A stretch of DNA of 64,000 bases, taken from assembly GCA_963818965.1 (NCBI GenBank), contig CAWFUG010000012.1, forward strand, positions 32,001-96,000. Reading direction: 5' to 3'. The notes below the pieces were generated by a model, which was given only the letters and a program-made list of their open reading frames with translations, had not been told where the DNA came from and searched no databases. The translations under genes and the position numbers were made by a program. Below are positions 61,703 through 64,000 of this stretch, piece by piece (position 1 is the stretch's first letter; the number at the start of each line of letters is the position of its first letter). The stretch is from an uncultured Verrucomicrobiae bacterium. Lineage in GTDB: Bacteria; Chlamydiota; Chlamydiia; Chlamydiales; Rhabdochlamydiaceae.

Positions 61703-62762
61703 ATAGATCTCCAAGATGTCCATTGCACCGACTGCATTTAGCTTCCTTACCTGAAGAAAAAGGGTTCCATTTTGATTCAAGGGTTACGTTTTCAGGACAA
61801 ATAGGAGCCTTAAAACTGGGCCATCCAGTGCCCGAGTCAAACTTTGCCGCTGAACTGAAAAGAGGAAGGGCGCAACCAGCACACTCATAAATGCCCGCCT
61901 TTTTGTTGTCGAAATAGGCATTTTTAAAGGGAGCTTCTGTTCCCCCTTTTCTTAAAATCTTAAATTGTTCGGGCGTGAGTTTCTCTTTCCATTGTTCTTC
62001 TGTCAGAATGAGTTTTTTTCCATCAAATCGATAATTTGAAGGGCAATCGCTAATTTTTTGTAAGGAAATACAGGCCCCCTTTTCGATCGTGGAGTCCCGG
62101 GGCTTTGACGCGCTCAAATTCGCAATTCTTGACCGGGCGCAGGATAAGAGAGAAATTTTGGATGAGCCCCACACTTCTTTGAGTCTTTTATCCCTTCCAC
62201 AACGCATTCGATAAAATTTATATTTAATCGGGTTTTTTTTATAATATTTCTGGTGATATTCTTCGGCAGGGTAAAACGTGTTTATAGGCAGGATTTCTAC
62301 TAAAATAGGCTTTACTTGATTCGCTTTAATTAACTCTTCTTTTGAGGCTTCTGCTTCCCTTTTTTGGGTGTCTGTCGAATAAAAGATCACTGGGCGGTAT
62401 TGATCTCCGGTATCGCAAAATTGCCCGTCATTACGTGTGGGATCAATATTATGCCAATAAAAATCTAGCAATTGAGCATAGGTGACTTTTCGGGGATCAA
62501 ACACTACACGTACAGATTCTAAATGGCCAGTTCCTCCTGCAGACACTTCCTCATAGGTCGGATTTTTAGTATTTCCACCAGCATATCCAGCAGTAGTAGA
62601 TATCACCCCTGGGACTCGATCAAAATCATGCTGAAGACACCAAAAACATCCACCTGCGAAAATCGCTGTCTCCGTGTTTTCGGAACTAAATAAATTCGAA
62701 GTCATTAAAAACATTCCAATGACAATCTTGACAAACAATCTAGGATATGAGAATACGATCAT
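61626..62762 (-). CDS. msrAB: Bifunctional methionine sulfoxide reductase MsrA-MsrB, probable signal peptide
   Basis: FAGGCFW, AEEYHQKY; KFDSGTGWPSF, GHLG..F.DGP, RYCIDS. Start uncertain. Confidence 0.93.
   Translation of the reverse strand: MIVFSYPRLFVKIVIGMFLMTSNLFSSENTETAIFAGGCFWCLQHDFDRVPGVISTTAGYAGGNTKNPTYEEVSAGGTGHLESVRVVFDPRKVTYAQLLDFYWHNIDPTRNDGQFCDTGDQYRPVIFYSTDTQKREAEASKEELIKANQVKPILVEILPINTFYPAEEYHQKYYKKNPIKYKFYRMRCGRDKRLKEVWGSSKISLLSCARSRIANLSASKPRDSTIEKGACISLQKISDCPSNYRFDGKKLILTEEQWKEKLTPEQFKILRKGGTEAPFKNAYFDNKKAGIYECAGCALPLFSSAAKFDSGTGWPSFKAPICPENVTLESKWNPFSSGKEAKCSRCNGHLGDLFKDGPPPTGDRYCIDSAALNFRKSL
62065..62146. repeat. ERIC-like element, half copy (arm type D), inside the msrAB linker
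   Basis: Minus strand: TATCCTGCGCCCGGTCAAGAATTGCGAATTTGAGCGC-GTCAAAGCCCCGGGACTCCACGATCGAAAAGGGGGCCTGTATTTC. Confidence 0.88.
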
Positions 62763-62791
62763 AATCTTGTTATTAACGCATGAAGTGGGCA

Positions 62792-64000
62792 ATGTCAATA
62801 TCAAATTTCTATTCTCTTGTAGTTATTGGAGCGGGCGCCGGAGGGCTTGTCGTTGCAATTGGATTTGCAAAAGCTGGTAAAAAGGTTCTCCTTATCGAAA
62901 ATGGGAATTATGGCGGCGACTGCACAAATTTCGGATGTATTCCAAGTAAAACGCTCATTGGTCTTGCTGAGCATCAAAAAAAAGACCTTTCTTTCGTGCG
63001 TCAAATTGTCCAGGAAGTCAGGGCTCATGAAGAACCAGTATCACTAAATAAACTCGGCGTCGAAACATTAACAGCACAAGCATCTTTTCTTGAACCTCAC
63101 GTAATTCTCGCAAAAGAGAAGTCTGGAAAAACGGTTCAAGTTCAGGCCAAAAAAATTGTAATTGCGACGGGTTCTTCTCCTCAAATCCCTCCTATTCCAG
63201 GTCTTAATGAAACCCCTTTTCTGACTAATGAAAGCATTTTCAATCTCGAACAGATACCCAAGAGTTTGATAGTTTTAGGAGGAGGACCCATTGGATCTGA
63301 GCTTGCGCAAGCATTTCAGCGTTTAGGTACTGCGGTCCATTTGATTCACTCACATTCAGAAATTTTAGCGAGAGAATCAAAAGAAGCTAGTAACATCCTT
63401 ATTGAACAGTTTAGAAAAGAGGGGATGACTCTTCATTTAAATTCTAAAATTGAGAGGATTGAATATAAATCCTCTAGCTTTAAGGTGGTATTATCTGACA
63501 AAACTGTCGAAGCGGAAAGGCTTCTTGTCGCTACAGGTAGAAAACCTCACATAAACGAGCTTCAATTAGAAAAAGCGGGAGTGGCTTTTACTGATAAAGG
63601 AGTGATTGTAGATGCCTTTGGAAGAACCTCTCAAAAACATATCTTTGCCATTGGCGATGCTACAGGGCCTCCCTTTTTTACTCATCTGGCGGAGAGTCGA
63701 GGTCGAACTGTATTAACAACGTTGCTGCTATCTCCCTTTTTTAAAAAGAAAATCGATCGACAAGCGATTCCCCGTGTTACTTACACTGATCCTGAGATTG
63801 CTTCCATTGGCTTATCAGAAGAGGAAGCTTTTGAAACATATGGGCAAAAAAAGATTGCGGTGTACTTAGTTCCTATGTCGGAAGTCGACCGCGCCATTAC
63901 GCAGGGCCGCACTGAAGGTTTTGTGAAAATTGTCACCAAGCGGTGGAGTAGCCATATTTTAGGCGCTACCATCATTTGCCCTCGTGCGGGGGAGATGCTC
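62792..64000 (+). CDS. Class I pyridine nucleotide-disulfide oxidoreductase (mercuric reductase/Lpd-like), runs off the window end
   Basis: Not in the ORF track; VVIGAGAGG, GGDCTNFGCIPSK, IATGS, GGGPIGSE, FAIGD. Confidence 0.9.
   Translation, partial: MSISNFYSLVVIGAGAGGLVVAIGFAKAGKKVLLIENGNYGGDCTNFGCIPSKTLIGLAEHQKKDLSFVRQIVQEVRAHEEPVSLNKLGVETLTAQASFLEPHVILAKEKSGKTVQVQAKKIVIATGSSPQIPPIPGLNETPFLTNESIFNLEQIPKSLIVLGGGPIGSELAQAFQRLGTAVHLIHSHSEILARESKEASNILIEQFRKEGMTLHLNSKIERIEYKSSSFKVVLSDKTVEAERLLVATGRKPHINELQLEKAGVAFTDKGVIVDAFGRTSQKHIFAIGDATGPPFFTHLAESRGRTVLTTLLLSPFFKKKIDRQAIPRVTYTDPEIASIGLSEEEAFETYGQKKIAVYLVPMSEVDRAITQGRTEGFVKIVTKRWSSHILGATIICPRAGEML

Overview
Chromosomal window from an environmental member of the phylum Chlamydiota. 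This is inferred from chlamydia-type gene content and order: pepP-mutL, eno, ahpC-groEL-namZ(ybbC)-uvrD-rpoN, topA with a C-terminal SWIB domain, uvrB, tyrP, double-length thyX and hemB. It holds about 55 genes, one tRNA-Arg(ACG), a groES-groEL operon with a CIRCE-like operator and a surface-polysaccharide cluster (GT4s, manC, two Wzy/O-antigen-ligase-like genes). It also has many glycosyl- and methyltransferases with signal peptides (2x GT11, 3x GT32, FkbM-like), and effector-like accessory genes (a pentein/arginine-deiminase-like protein, an F-box protein, an EEP phosphodiesterase, two membrane-anchored kinase-like proteins). The most striking non-gene signal is a dispersed family of ERIC-like palindromic elements. 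Full copies are 167 bp with TATAC...GTATA ends, a conserved core hairpin and at least six different outer-arm sequences of fixed length (37/38 nt). Pieces of the element lie in frame inside protein-coding genes (MsrA-MsrB linker, GT9 C-terminus). Two further palindrome types and a strong excess of CGATCG are also visible. Several frameshifts between 38 and 51 kb (topA, uvrB, a GT4, a wzy) are most likely sequencing or assembly indels. All calls come from reading the sequence and ORF track by eye; no database searches were run.
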